From Dimorphilus gyrociliatus (Eukaryota; Animalia; Annelida), in the NCBI GenBank assembly GCA_904063045.1, contig CAJFCJ010000014.1:2167643-2231642 (forward strand): a stretch of 64,000 nt of DNA, read 5' to 3'. Below are positions 39,121-51,925 of this stretch, piece by piece. How positions within the stretch are numbered: the first letter of the stretch is position 1; each line of letters opens with the position of its first letter. Both the position numbers and the translations under genes were made by a program. The notes below the pieces were generated by a model. The model did no database searches. It was not told the origin of the DNA and was given only the letters and a program-made list of their open reading frames with translations.

Positions 39121-39402
39121 TCATTTTCGTCTCTTTCCAGATCTTACGGCTTTCAAACAATGCATGAATACGTGCTGGTCGCATCTACAACAGAAATTTA
39201 CATCTAAAAGCTGAGGCCAATAATTTCCACAGTTGACGCAAACGTCGACGATTTGTACGGGAATCGTGTCAGTTTCTGCCAGTTTCTTTTCGCATTTGTC
39301 GTAATCGCACAAATTTACCGAACATGATACTTTACTAGTTAGGCAGAGTAAGAGTATCGGCAGGATGGAGGAAGTTAACAATCTCCTTAAATTGATTTTC
39401 AT
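39121..39402 (-). CDS. Secreted cysteine-rich peptide precursor (8 Cys, C-terminal GKRR amidation site), CHH/ITP-like Cys spacing
   Basis: 93-aa ORF with a signal peptide (MKINLRRLLTSSILPILLLCLTSKVSC), a mature region C-x4-C-x17-C-x2-C-x12-CC-x-C-x7-C and the ending LKAVRS-G-KRRK. A splice acceptor (ttcaatcag) lies immediately before the ATG. Confidence 0.85.
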   Translation of the reverse strand: MKINLRRLLTSSILPILLLCLTSKVSCSVNLCDYDKCEKKLAETDTIPVQIVDVCVNCGNYWPQLLDVNFCCRCDQHVFMHCLKAVRSGKRRK

Positions 39403-39613
39403 CTGATTGAATAAAATATAATTAATAGCTTGATAAATATAAATTATCGATAGATGTTAATAAACAAATATGTCGAGTTGATAAAGTAATTAACGTTAAT
39501 TAATATGAAAGTAAGAATTACGTAAAAAAATTTCTCTAATAAATTTATCACTTTATTTAATAATCCAATTTTTTAAAACACTATTTCAACCAGAAAGAGA
39601 AGATAAGAATATT

Positions 39614-39647
<34 letters not shown>

Positions 39648-42600
39648 ATTGATTTACATATTCTTACACGCATGATAGACACTTGTGATCTCATTTCCTG
39701 TCATGAGGAGAATAAATGTAGAATTTTTTTCTCTAATTAAAATTGTACAGATAAATTAATTGCTTAGAGTAGCTAAAATATAATTTACATATCTCTTCCT
39801 ACCACCCTCTCTCATTCCCTCCCTCCCCCCTCTCGCACTCTTTTTCTAAGTGTATTTAACACAAAAAAATAAAAATTAGATTATACAATAGTTCTATGCA
39901 GGAGATTTCAATACATACTTAAAGAATGGAGGCTATGGAGATTAAATTAAATACACTTTAAAAAAAAAACTAGTATAAAGAGCATTTTGAAACTAGATAA
40001 TATATTTATAGATATAAAAAAATATGTTTATAGGACTATAAATATTTCGGAAATGGAAATCAAACAAATAGAGCCAAAAAAAGGTTTAATTAAAGGATTT
40101 TGATCGTGTGAAGATTAAAATAAAAGAGCTATATAATGCATTAGTTGATTGTTATTAATACAACAAAATTATATAAAGGTACAATAATACGACTACTGAA
40201 AGAAATCATTCCCTTAAGGTAAAGAATTGCCGGAAAATAAATTTTAAACAGACGATGCTTAATGCTTATTAATAAATTTCCATTAGCTTAGAATATTAAA
40301 ACATGAAACATTTTTTTTCAAAAGAGGTTACAAAAGACTTTTTAACAAAAGGAGAAAATGAATAGAGTTCTTATATTACCTTCTAATAAGAGAAGATAAT
40401 TGCGATAACGATAAGAGTAGAATATATTAAAAATACAACCTCACACATTCTCCTGTGAGGATAATAAATATATTTATCTATTGTATTTTGTCTATTGACA
40501 AAATAATTGATGCTATTATTCAATTTTTGTATTAATGATAATTATAAAGTAGTTATAGTATAAAGGAAAATAATTAATTAACTTTGTTAACGTTTCAATA
40601 GGCTTTCTTTTAACATATTATTTTTCTTTTTTATCCTCTTTCTCCAAAAATTATAACAACACAGCAAAAAAACAGTCTATTGTGTATATTAGGTTACTTT
40701 TGAATTAATTATTCAAATCGAAAAGTTCATGTGAATTATCTCCCGTGTCTTTCTTTTATTCATTTTTTATTCTTTGAACTACCACTATCTTCTTTACATT
40801 ATTAATTTGTGTTTTATTTTGCAACTTCATTGGGTAATATATATCATATATAGAGTATAGTTTTTTTCAACTACTCCCCCATCTTCCTCCCACTCTCATC
40901 TCTGTCTATACGTATATAAATCGTTTATTCCTTTATTATATCTAATATTTAAAATCGGAATCAACTTATTCAGCAACACGCTATCCACTCAAATTAACCA
41001 TTAAGCACGATTTCATAGATAATTAGGGAAGAATTTTAGAGTTTATTTCAAGTTTCCGGTTTAAAAAAATTCATATTGCGTAAAAGAAACCTAGATAAAA
41101 ATTATTCCGTCTCTTCCATTTATAGGCTTCATAGAACATCTAAAGCATTGATGCTTGAGTATTGATTCGAGGGGAACAAATTTCTGTTTTTTATTCTTTT
41201 TTAAAATATATACAAATTTACAGTTTATTATTTATAAAGGCTTTGTAAAAATTCTTTTCTTTCGAAATAATATCTCTATATACAATGAGAAATATTTTTT
41301 ATATACAAAATCTATACATTATCCCCTTATTAATGGTTGATCGGGTATTAATCTTTTGATCGAGGTCTTAATTTACTTCCTTTAGTAACAATAATTCCCT
41401 TTTGCTAAATTCTCTTTCCGGATATACTTCTTTTATATGCTTAAAAGTAAAAGAAAATCATACAATTTACTATATGTACTGTTTATAGTTCACTATAATC
41501 CCTCGAGATGACTTTTTATGCTAATATAAGTACTTTTGTCAAAATGAAATGCCAAAACTCTCTCCTTTCTATATTCAAAGTAATAGCGGAAACTCTAAAT
41601 ATAAAGTTATAGTCTCTTTTCTAAGAACAAACTTTTGCTTCGTAATACTTTTAAAGTATTAGTAGTTACAATTGACGTAAGTCAAGAGGATATACAAGAG
41701 CAGAGTGGAGGCAGACAGACAGACAGGAAGACAGGCAGACAGAAAAAGAGAGAGGAAGCGAGGATAGAAAAATACAGACAGAGAATAATAACAGCTTTAT
41801 AATCTGTTAGCCTATCTATAGAATTCTCTTTCAAACCAAGTTACTCAACCAATTAAATAATAATTTTCTCTATAAGGGTAGTTAGACAATCAAAGTAAAA
41901 GAGATGAATCGCTTTCTCACGTTCTTTTAAAGCTCTTACGTTATGGCGCAATTCGAACTTAAATCACGTATTTTATACCTGATAGAAAAAAGTTACCTTT
42001 AGACTAAATATTACTATATTTAGTATAGTTGATATATATCTAATTGAAGTGAAACAATGAAGTAATTGCGAAAAAATATACAGACATCTTATATATACAA
42101 ATATAAATTATAATATATGATGTTATATACATATGAACAAATAAAAATTCTTGTAACATATTGAAGTAATAAATCTATTTTTTCTTTTTAAAAAAAAAAA
42201 GATAGAGATAAAAAGTAAAATTTTCCATAAATATTTCACTAATCGGTTTATTTTTCAAGAAAATAATCCGTTGTTTATTGCTTAAGGGTAAGAAAAAAGA
42301 TTGACTACGTGCTATATTTAAATCGTTATAAGTGGAATGTAATATATGTACGTGATTCAATTAGGTTAAAAAGTGGTCGTTTATCAGAAATATATTTGTC
42401 TAATCAGTACTAGTCTTGATTTTTATCTCTGTTGTATTTCCTTTCTTTTCTTTTGAAAAAGAAGCAATCTGTATCCATTTAATATAGTTGTAACGAAATA
42501 ATTTAATTTAGTCTTTATATATCTTATTTGTAAAATACAATAGAAATAGTTGATTCAAGGTCAATGAATAAGATTATATATATTATATATTATACATATA

Positions 42601-45600
42601 TATACAGCATTTCTTCTTTCTAAAATCGAAAGAGATTATTCTTCAGTTATAAAATGTGTCAGAGTGAAGACACAAATGAAATAATTAATACTTTTGTCTA
42701 TTAATAATTCAATATTAGTAGATATGAAAAAGATATTTATAAATATAATTATCGTAGTTTAAGTTCAAAATAATAAAAATAACAATTCAATTTATTATTC
42801 TTTTTAAAAGAAGAACAAAAGAATTAAAGGGAAAAACGGAAAGTGAATAAAAGGTGTTTAACAAACCTCCCACAACTTATTTATTATGTATATTATATTG
42901 AGAAATTGTTAATGTCTTTTTTATTACAGATATTCATTTTGGGTAAGAGGTTCACCCGCAATAATACTTTTATTACTCTATATAAATTCATACTAATAAT
43001 AATAGTAAAATATTTATGTTTTCCCCTTTAACAGCCATTTCATACATCCTTATTTTGAAACAAAACCCCCGCATATACATATATATATATATATAAATAT
43101 ATATATATATACTTTCACTTTATCTATAATTGATTGTATATACAGTATAAGCAATTTTTATACTAAAGATTGAAGAAAGGTATGTTGTGTTACAATTTGT
43201 CTCAACTAATGGAATTTAATAATTGCTTTTTATTAATCTTAAACTTTTTCCAACTCAATTAAAACTTTGTTGTTGTCTTAAGCTACTAATTATACGAGTC
43301 TTTCTTCTAAATCTCCTAAAAAGAATAGAAGAAGAAAAGTATAAAAATGGAATTTTCTTTGATTAGACAGGATTAAACCGGAAGTGATTATGTTAAAAAA
43401 GAAACTTCAAATGGGAATAAGCCACAGAGAGAGATTTACACATCTCACATACATTTTATACTTTTTTTTGATTTTCTTAGGTCTCCTATTTGAAGTAAAC
43501 ATTCTGAACAGACTGTAAGCTAAGACAAACCAGATATTTCCCTCTTTTTATTCTCCTTTTTTCATTGTTATGTATACATTTTTAATAAAGAAGAAAGAAC
43601 AAAAAAAAGAGTTGTAGAGGAGTATCTATTACTTAATTGTTAATAACGGCAAACATTATTAATTGATAGTAAAATCTCTTTACGTGATACGCATACCTTC
43701 TTTTAATATTCAATTCTAATTTATGAATAAGTTATTGTTCAATTTACTCATTTTGATTAAAGAAGAAATATTAATTAGAGTGGTGCTCTTAACTTGATAG
43801 AGTTAATTAAAAATAAGAATTTCGATCCGTAAATTCAAATGTGATAGTATTATACTTTATTGTTCAAGATTTATAGATGAAGAATGTTTTGTTATACCAT
43901 ATAATCAATTTTTTAACGGGTTTTTGTTTATTTCTTTTTTTTTTTAAAAAAACAAATATAACAATTAAATTCATTTTTCATCAATCTCTTTTATAGCCTC
44001 TAATCGTAAGAAAATTATTATTGTATTTAAATAAATATAAAAGTAAATTGTTTATATTTTCCGTCATTCTGTCATATTTTTTTTATAATTATAATAAAAA
44101 TACTCTAAATATATATATTTATATAAATAAGTACCATATCTTTCCGCCTTTTAGAGAAAATAAAGTCATAAATGTTTAAAAAATTGTCCTAAAAAGTGAA
44201 CAACTCTATAAATAACACTATGGATAAATTGGGAAAAGACAAAGTGAAAGATTCTATGAAAAAACTATATATTTATTTTAATATAGTAATATTTTTAAAA
44301 TGGAAGCTGCCAAATGCATTGATTTCTTGACCTTGAAGTGTAAGATACGTAGAAAGATATAAAATATTCAGCACATGCAAACGTATGTTCAGTATATACT
44401 AATACATATACATATATAAATATAAACTGTATACAGTATATAACAAGAAAAAATTAATTAACTTAACGTTAAATCTTAGTTTAACCTCCTCTTCTATTTC
44501 CTGTTGCCTACTTTTCAGGTAATGACCTTTTGAATTCTCTATTTCTCATTTGATTACATTTTCCTCTATCAAATAGACACTTTTAAGCAAATAGAACTTA
44601 AAGTGACTTACTCTTTTGTAAAATGAAAAAAAAAAGAGGAAAAAGTTAATTTTCTTTTCTTTAATTTAGATATAAAAAAGGAAGAAATTGAAAGATAAAA
44701 AGCAGGAAAGGGAAGAAATTTTCTTTTTCTAAGAAATAGAAAGAGGTTAACGTAAAAGTTAATCTTCAACAAGCTAATTTAAATTAAGAAAAGAATCAAA
44801 AAAACCTATCTTCTTCTACTTTTTATGTTCTTTATCTGCAAAGAACTGGAAGCTTACCATATAAACGAATTTTAAATCCTGATAGAGACAATCCAAAAAA
44901 AACGGCGTTCGACGCCTGATGGAGCGTCTGATTCGCTATGCGAAAGCTATACGTTTTTTGTAGGTAGCGCCACTAGAATTTTGATAATAATTCTATATAT
45001 ATAATTTAAAACGCTTGCAGTATTTGCTGTAAAGCATAAATTTGAATATATTAGATAGAAGAGTGTAATAAAAGATTCTTCACCTATATGTAAGAGTACA
45101 TAAAGCAAATACAATATATTATATACACATATAATATACACCGTATAAAAATGTTAACGTTATATAGCTATATATATATATATATATATATACTAGAGAT
45201 ATATATATTCTCTTCTTTTAACTTTTATCTCTCTTTATGATATTCATAAGAAATGCTGAACAGAATAGAAGAAATGTGTAAAACGCAAGTTCCATTCATA
45301 GAGATAATTGGATTTTTATGAGTATTTATTTATATACTTTTTACTTAACAAGCTTTTATAATTATATAGAGGAAGGCATAGATTAGTTGGGAAGAAATTA
45401 TTATTTAAGTATCAAACCTGATCTTCATAAGAAAAGATGTGAAAAATATTTTCCGGTACTAATAGGTAAATGGCGTCTTTAACATAGAATAACAATTTTA
45501 CTGCGGGCAATTGTCGTTAGTGGATATAGCTATAGGCGATTAGTTACGAGTAATAAATTTCTTACTTTTTAAAGGCGTATTTAGTGAATACAATTCTCTA

Positions 45601-46261
45601 AGGCTAAAATAATTGTCTTAGCAAACAGTAGTTTCCTTTACTAAAAATATTAAACGTTTAACGTGTAACACACTCGTTTTATTATTTTGGGCTTTAAGGC
45701 TAAAAAATTACTTATTAGATAAAAAGAAAGAGGATTAAGATTATACATTCAAGAGAAAAATATGCTCAATTGGATATATATCACTATTAATGCTATTAAT
45801 TATTACTATTATTACTATAAAGTCTATAAAAAAGAGGCAAAAATAAGAAATCTATAGATTTATTGATATATAATTTCATCTGTTGGAAGATTGATGACAC
45901 TTTTCTACTCTTTTCTCTTTCACTATTTCTATGATTGTTGATTAGCGTTATTTCTTTTTTAATCTAACAAACGGTTTGTCAAAAAATCCTTAGTGAATAA
46001 ATAGCTAAATAGACAAATCGATACATTATTCCTGTTATTTAAATAAATCATGAAACACCAGTTACCACTTTGGGTAATGAGGCATTCCCTTCTGGAGTTG
46101 AACCTAATGAGGAAATGGTATACGAAATCAAATCGTTTGATATAAATATTCAAAGAATAATGTGTATTTTCAGTCGAATTTTTAACTGAAATTTGATCAG
46201 CTAAATAGTCTGTTTTAAATATTTAAAGTTTTTTATTCTTTCCTGTTTCTACATCCTTCTA

Positions 46262-46409
46262 TCTCTCATCTCTCTTTCTGACTCTCTCTCTCCCTCTATC
46301 TCTCTGACTCTCTCTATCTCCCACTCACTCCCTCTTTTTCACGTCTATCACTCTCACTCACTCTCTCTCTCTCTCCCTCCCTCTCTCTCTCTCTCTCTCT
46401 CTCTATCTC
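46262..46409. repeat. Imperfect (TC)n pyrimidine tract
   Basis: About 150 nt of nearly pure TC repeats. Confidence 0.9.
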
Positions 46410-49349
46410 TGACAATCGATCTTTGCAATTTCTAATTTTTCTTTTCATGTAAAATTATACATATGGAACATGCCCTCTAGAAACTTTTTAAATATTTGCT
46501 ATAAATATATACATATACAATACTTTAGCTTTTAGTGATGATAAAAGATTGCAAATTATAAAGAGTGTCTTACAATTTGTAGGGCACAGTTATGAAAATC
46601 TAAAAATAGCTGCAATCTTTTGAAGTTTTTTTTTACCTTTTATGTATTCAAGTTGAAATAAAAAGGTAAAAATAGGGACAATCTAACAAAAAGAAAAAAA
46701 ATACAACTTTTATAAAAAAAAAAGAACAATACAATACAAACATATTTTTTTTTAAAAGAAAAAGTTTAAGCTGTTTAATAAAAACAAAAACAAGAGAAAA
46801 TGAATGAAAAAGAGAGAAAAAAATGAAATATTTAGTTTTTTTTTTGTACTTTTACTATTAATTTATTTCTTTATATTTCTCTATATTTTTTTATATAAGA
46901 ATTTGATAAAAGAAATGTTTATCCCTCCCAGAAATATTTTTTAATAGAAATAAAAAAAAAACTTTCTTTTTCATTATTTTTTTTTATATAAAAAAAGTTA
47001 AAAAGCGTTACAGCTTGACTCTCTCTCTCTCTCTCTCTTTTTTTCTATTAATCTTACCTTTTTGAGTAGGCGAAAAAATCCATGATTAGTTTGCGTAAAT
47101 ATCTGAACTTAGTAAAGGTAATAGAGTCCCAAGGAAATATATTGACGTTTATCTTTAATTGAAATTTTATGTAAAGTACATATATATATATATATATATT
47201 TATAGAAATCTCATAAATTAACCTTTTCTATATTCTACCTAGTCTATAAACTTACTTTAAATAATTTATATAAATAAATAAAAAGCATTCATTTATAAAG
47301 ATTCTTGATTAGTTATTGCAATATCTTGGACAAGACAGTTGATGGAATTAACATACTTATAAACTATTCACAATGATCAATTAGCTCAATTTATATATCT
47401 GCTAATGTCTCTTTTCATACATTATTGTATTCTGTTAATCTCTAAATATGAAGTAGAAGGTTTGCTTTTATGGATGATTTTCTTTTTCACCAATTATTAT
47501 TGATATCTATAACTCATTAGAATAGATGGAAAGGAAAGGGTATATATAATTTTAAATAAAAATATAAAAATTCTCAGAGAGAAGATAGCACCTAGTTGTC
47601 AAGTTAATTTACAGAGTGATAGATTAGAACTTTTTCGTCTTCTTTCTAGATCAAACAACCATCGGATAACGGCTTTTTCGTAGCGATAAAGATTAAGAGA
47701 ACATGATGAAGAATTATATGATATACATGATAATTATCGGAAAATATTTGTTTAAAACATAAATTGATTAAATTCTACTTATTTTGATAGAAACTAATAC
47801 TTTTTGTTTTTATTAAAAAGTATTAAAAAACTGGAATAAATTTATATTTCAGTAACATTTTTAACAGGCAACATTACATCAAAATCATTTAGCTACAACA
47901 AACAGTGAAAGATAACCTCTAGGTTTTTGAAGTGAAGGTTTAAGCAAACAAATTTTTTCTAATAAAACTACCACTTATTTTCTCTTATAACAACAATATT
48001 ATCTGTCATTCCTTTCTAATTTTTTGTATAGACATAGAGGGAGAATAAACTAAAAGAGCGAGATGAAGAGAGAGATAGACAGCGAGGGAGGTGGTAGAAA
48101 GACACAGAAAGAGAAAGCAGTGAGCACAAAGGGAAAAACATTGGAGTGTAAATTGTATTTTCCCCTAAATAAGATTTTTATAATAGAATAAGGCAAGTTT
48201 GAAAAAAAAGCCAACTACAGCTGTCGTTTATAAAGCTATCAGTAAATAGAGGGAACATAGGTAATAGTACCATATGCATCTATCGTCCAAGAGATTTATT
48301 GTTATTTGATATCCTAAAAACATGACAATAAAACAAAGCGTAGCAGCTATCTATATTTCTCTATAATATAGGAAGAAAAGAAAAAATATATCTTTCTATT
48401 TCTATTCCTTTGCTGTCTCTCTCTCTCTCACTCTCCCGTGTATATACTGTATATGAATACTATCTCAAGATTTAAATGTGAATGAATCAAACTGGATTTT
48501 ATTCAAGTAGTAATCATCAGACAGTCGTAGAGTTCAATTTAAAATATATGCTTTATAAAATAGTACAACATAGAACTCTACAATAAATAAATAGAATAAA
48601 TATTGCTGTAGATTATAATAGTTAAATATAAATATAAACACATATATTTATATAGCAATGTTTTTTTCAGAGAGTGTTACCAATTCACCTCAAAAATATG
48701 AATACATTTATAAAAAGGTACGAAAATGATAGTGACATAAAGTATATTCAACATATACCTTAATATACATCACTAAATATTTGTAGTAATAATTATAACT
48801 TAGCCTTTAAGTCATTAATAGAGAAAAAATATAAAAAATTAAAACTTTTTCTTTTTCAAAGGTTACAAAATATTAATCTTTTATTCTCTATTGTTGTTTA
48901 TTGTTATTATTGTTGCCACTTTGCCTCTTTTTCATAATAGAATAAGAAAAAGATGCTAAATATAAACATTCTCTTTTTAGTATAGTTTTTTTCTTTCTTT
49001 ATATCATTTTAGTTTATTTACACGATTGTTATTTCTGTTTTTCTTTATTTTTGTTTTAAGGAAAGTTAAATGTAAAATTAGTAAGAATAGATTAACAGTG
49101 ATGGGGCTGCGTGTTTACGTGTGTATGTAGAAGAGAGATAGATAGACAGATAGACAGATATATAGACAGACTAGCTGATATACTGTATATAGGCATGTAT
49201 ATGTATATTGTATATCTAAAGAGAAAATAGAAAAAGAGAAAGAGAATCTGAAGAAAGAAAATAAATGTAAGACGAGAAGAGTTAATAGGTTAATTTAAAA
49301 TTTTGAATTTAATTGACCTTGTTCTGTGTTTTTTCATCTGTTTTTTATC

Positions 49350-51887
49350 TCACAATAAAATCATATGTTTGCTATCTACATCGACTTTAATAAATAAACA
49401 ATTATCTTTTGTATAATATCTGGTTGGTAGAAGTTCCAATTCTACAAACTTCTGTGCTCCAAACGAAGAGTTTCTTTCCAGTTTTGGTCTCCCTAAAAAT
49501 GACATATTTTCTTTACATATATTAGGTTCAACAATATGACTTATGTTCCTCCTTTTCGATTCATCCGGATTCTGATCAATCATTGTAAACTTTATTTTAT
49601 GCCTAAATGGCCAATCCAAAAGAGCGTCAAAATCTCCCTTACAAATACATACAAAGATAGATAAACACTTTCCACGCACTATAAATTGGACAAAAAAAAA
49701 ATGATATGGTTAGGCAGTGAAAGAATTTTTACTATTATAAAATAAATCATCTAATATATAATTTATATTGCGGAAATATGAAAAAATCAAACCTTTTCCA
49801 TCTCCATACAAGCATGCGGATAATGCTAATTTATATCCATGTCGGGATGTTAAAAAAGGAGGACTGTATATAGTTGATTTTTTACCACTTTTCGCTTCTT
49901 CTAGCTTTTCAGAGTAATTTTCAATTTTCCAGACGAGCTGTGACCCGTATAATTTCTCCATTGCATTTACTTTTGTATCAACTTGAGCTAAATGTTCTGC
50001 TTGTTCTTCTAGTTGCTTCCTAGTTGTTGATAATAAATTTGTGTGATGTGTTAACGTATTATACATTTTATCCAAATGTTCATCAGAATTTGAGTCCAAA
50101 TGCTCGTTCATTTTGTTCCGTTCGCACTAAATAAAAAATAACGAGACTAGGTTAATTATTTAGATTGGCAGGATAAATTAAAATATAAAAAATTGTCTAT
50201 ATATATATATATATATATAGTATATATATGAAAGAATTACGTTGAAACCACAGCCAGATACAGCATAAGGGCACTCGATTACTTGATAAGGACAATCATT
50301 ATTTATATGATTCTTATACTGAAATAGAAACAATGACGTTATTAGTTATATATATTATAGATTTGATTATGCTATATACATATATATATGCCTGCAACAA
50401 ATGAAGAAAAGAAAGAAAAGAAACGCCTATTAAATATTTACTAAGAATTCATAATATTGTGGCTCCTTCCCTTCTTGACATGTCAGCGTTTATAGTGGAT
50501 TTCTATTGATTTTCGCTTTTAATTAAAATTAAATTCTAATTTTTAATGCTTAAGGTTAAAATGTTAACGTTAAATATATTATTAGTTTTCTTAGACAATT
50601 TTTACATACCAAAAATTGTTTTACAACAATCTGACTAGAGTTTTCATTGGAATTGTTCAGATATTAAAATATTAACTATTCAGCATATGTCCTCATTGTT
50701 GATTTTTGCTTAAAATAAATCGCAGAAATATAGAATAAAGTATTTAAATAGATATTTAGATGTTATAAAAAAATGGTTACAAATTTCTTGCTGTTGGAAA
50801 GCGTGCTCTGGATATTTATCAGTAAAATTTATTGATGGTCAACATATGCTAAAGGATGATAAATACTATAGTCACGGATCAGATTTAAGCGAAGAAAGAT
50901 GTCTAACCTTTGCTTTCAATAATTAAAATATAATACTATTGAAATTAGAGAAGGAATTACCACAATTATGATATATACAGTTACAGAAATTGTATGTGAA
51001 TAAAGCTTTAGATTTAAATGATCAAAATGCAAAAATAATGACTTCTGTACCAAAAAATCCACAAAACTTTTAATAAATCAGTAGTTGCAGCACTGATAAA
51101 ACTTTGAAATGATCAACCTTTTTACTTTTAAAGATCGTGATAATTTATAGATAATGGATACGAAAATAATACTAATGTTGATTTATCAACTATTTTCTGT
51201 CCACTTTTTAGACAAAAGTTGATAGGAAAACCTACGATTTATAGTCTACTATTAGTATTATTAGAAAGGCATAGCCCAAATTCTTTTAACATCCATTAAT
51301 CAAATAGATGATGAAAAAAAGAGTATTATCATAACACCTGTCTACATAACTTCTTTTTTGAGAAAAGCTCAATAAATCCGAATATGTCACTGGTTTCCCT
51401 GCAATATCTAAATACATATCTATACTTTTTCATTAATATTAAACCTTGTAGAAGCATACGTAGTTTTAAAGATGAGCCTAAAAGTAAAATTTCAATTTAA
51501 GTATGAATATTTAAGGCTACAGAATAAAAATCTATTAAAAACTGAAGGAAAATTACTATAAATAGCAGAATAAACTACGAGTAAGTGGAGAATATGAGTA
51601 AGATATTAGACGTCTGTCCTTAAATCGAAGTTATGGTTAACTTAACGGTATTCCGAGAACCGGAAGCAATATAGATCAGAAAGATGAATTTAGAACTGAA
51701 AAATAATTAGAAGAAACGAGTATTTGTCTAATTATTTTCATAGCAAATGTATTAATGTAAATTTATGTCATAATCTGCAGTCTTAATTTAATATCTGCCA
51801 TAAAGTAATATTAAGTATAGGATAAGATATCTTATTCTACGGTATTATAGAAGCAAACCCTTCTATTCGAAGTACTGTTTTCACTTA

Positions 51888-51925
<38 letters not shown>

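Noticed and set aside
39104-39123. Poly-A immediately after the peptide stop, suggesting a retrogene
   Set aside because: The whole downstream region is homopolymer-rich, no TSD was seen, and a splice acceptor precedes the ATG.
42301-42360. miR-1-like start (TGGAATGTAA) in a weak hairpin
   Set aside because: Only 10 nt match, the seed end pairs poorly, no miR-133-like partner was seen, and AT-rich pairing is expected by chance.
44897-44959. tRNA gene
   Set aside because: GTTCGA is present but the T-arm stem, acceptor stem and anticodon arm do not form. Kept only as an unexplained structured island.
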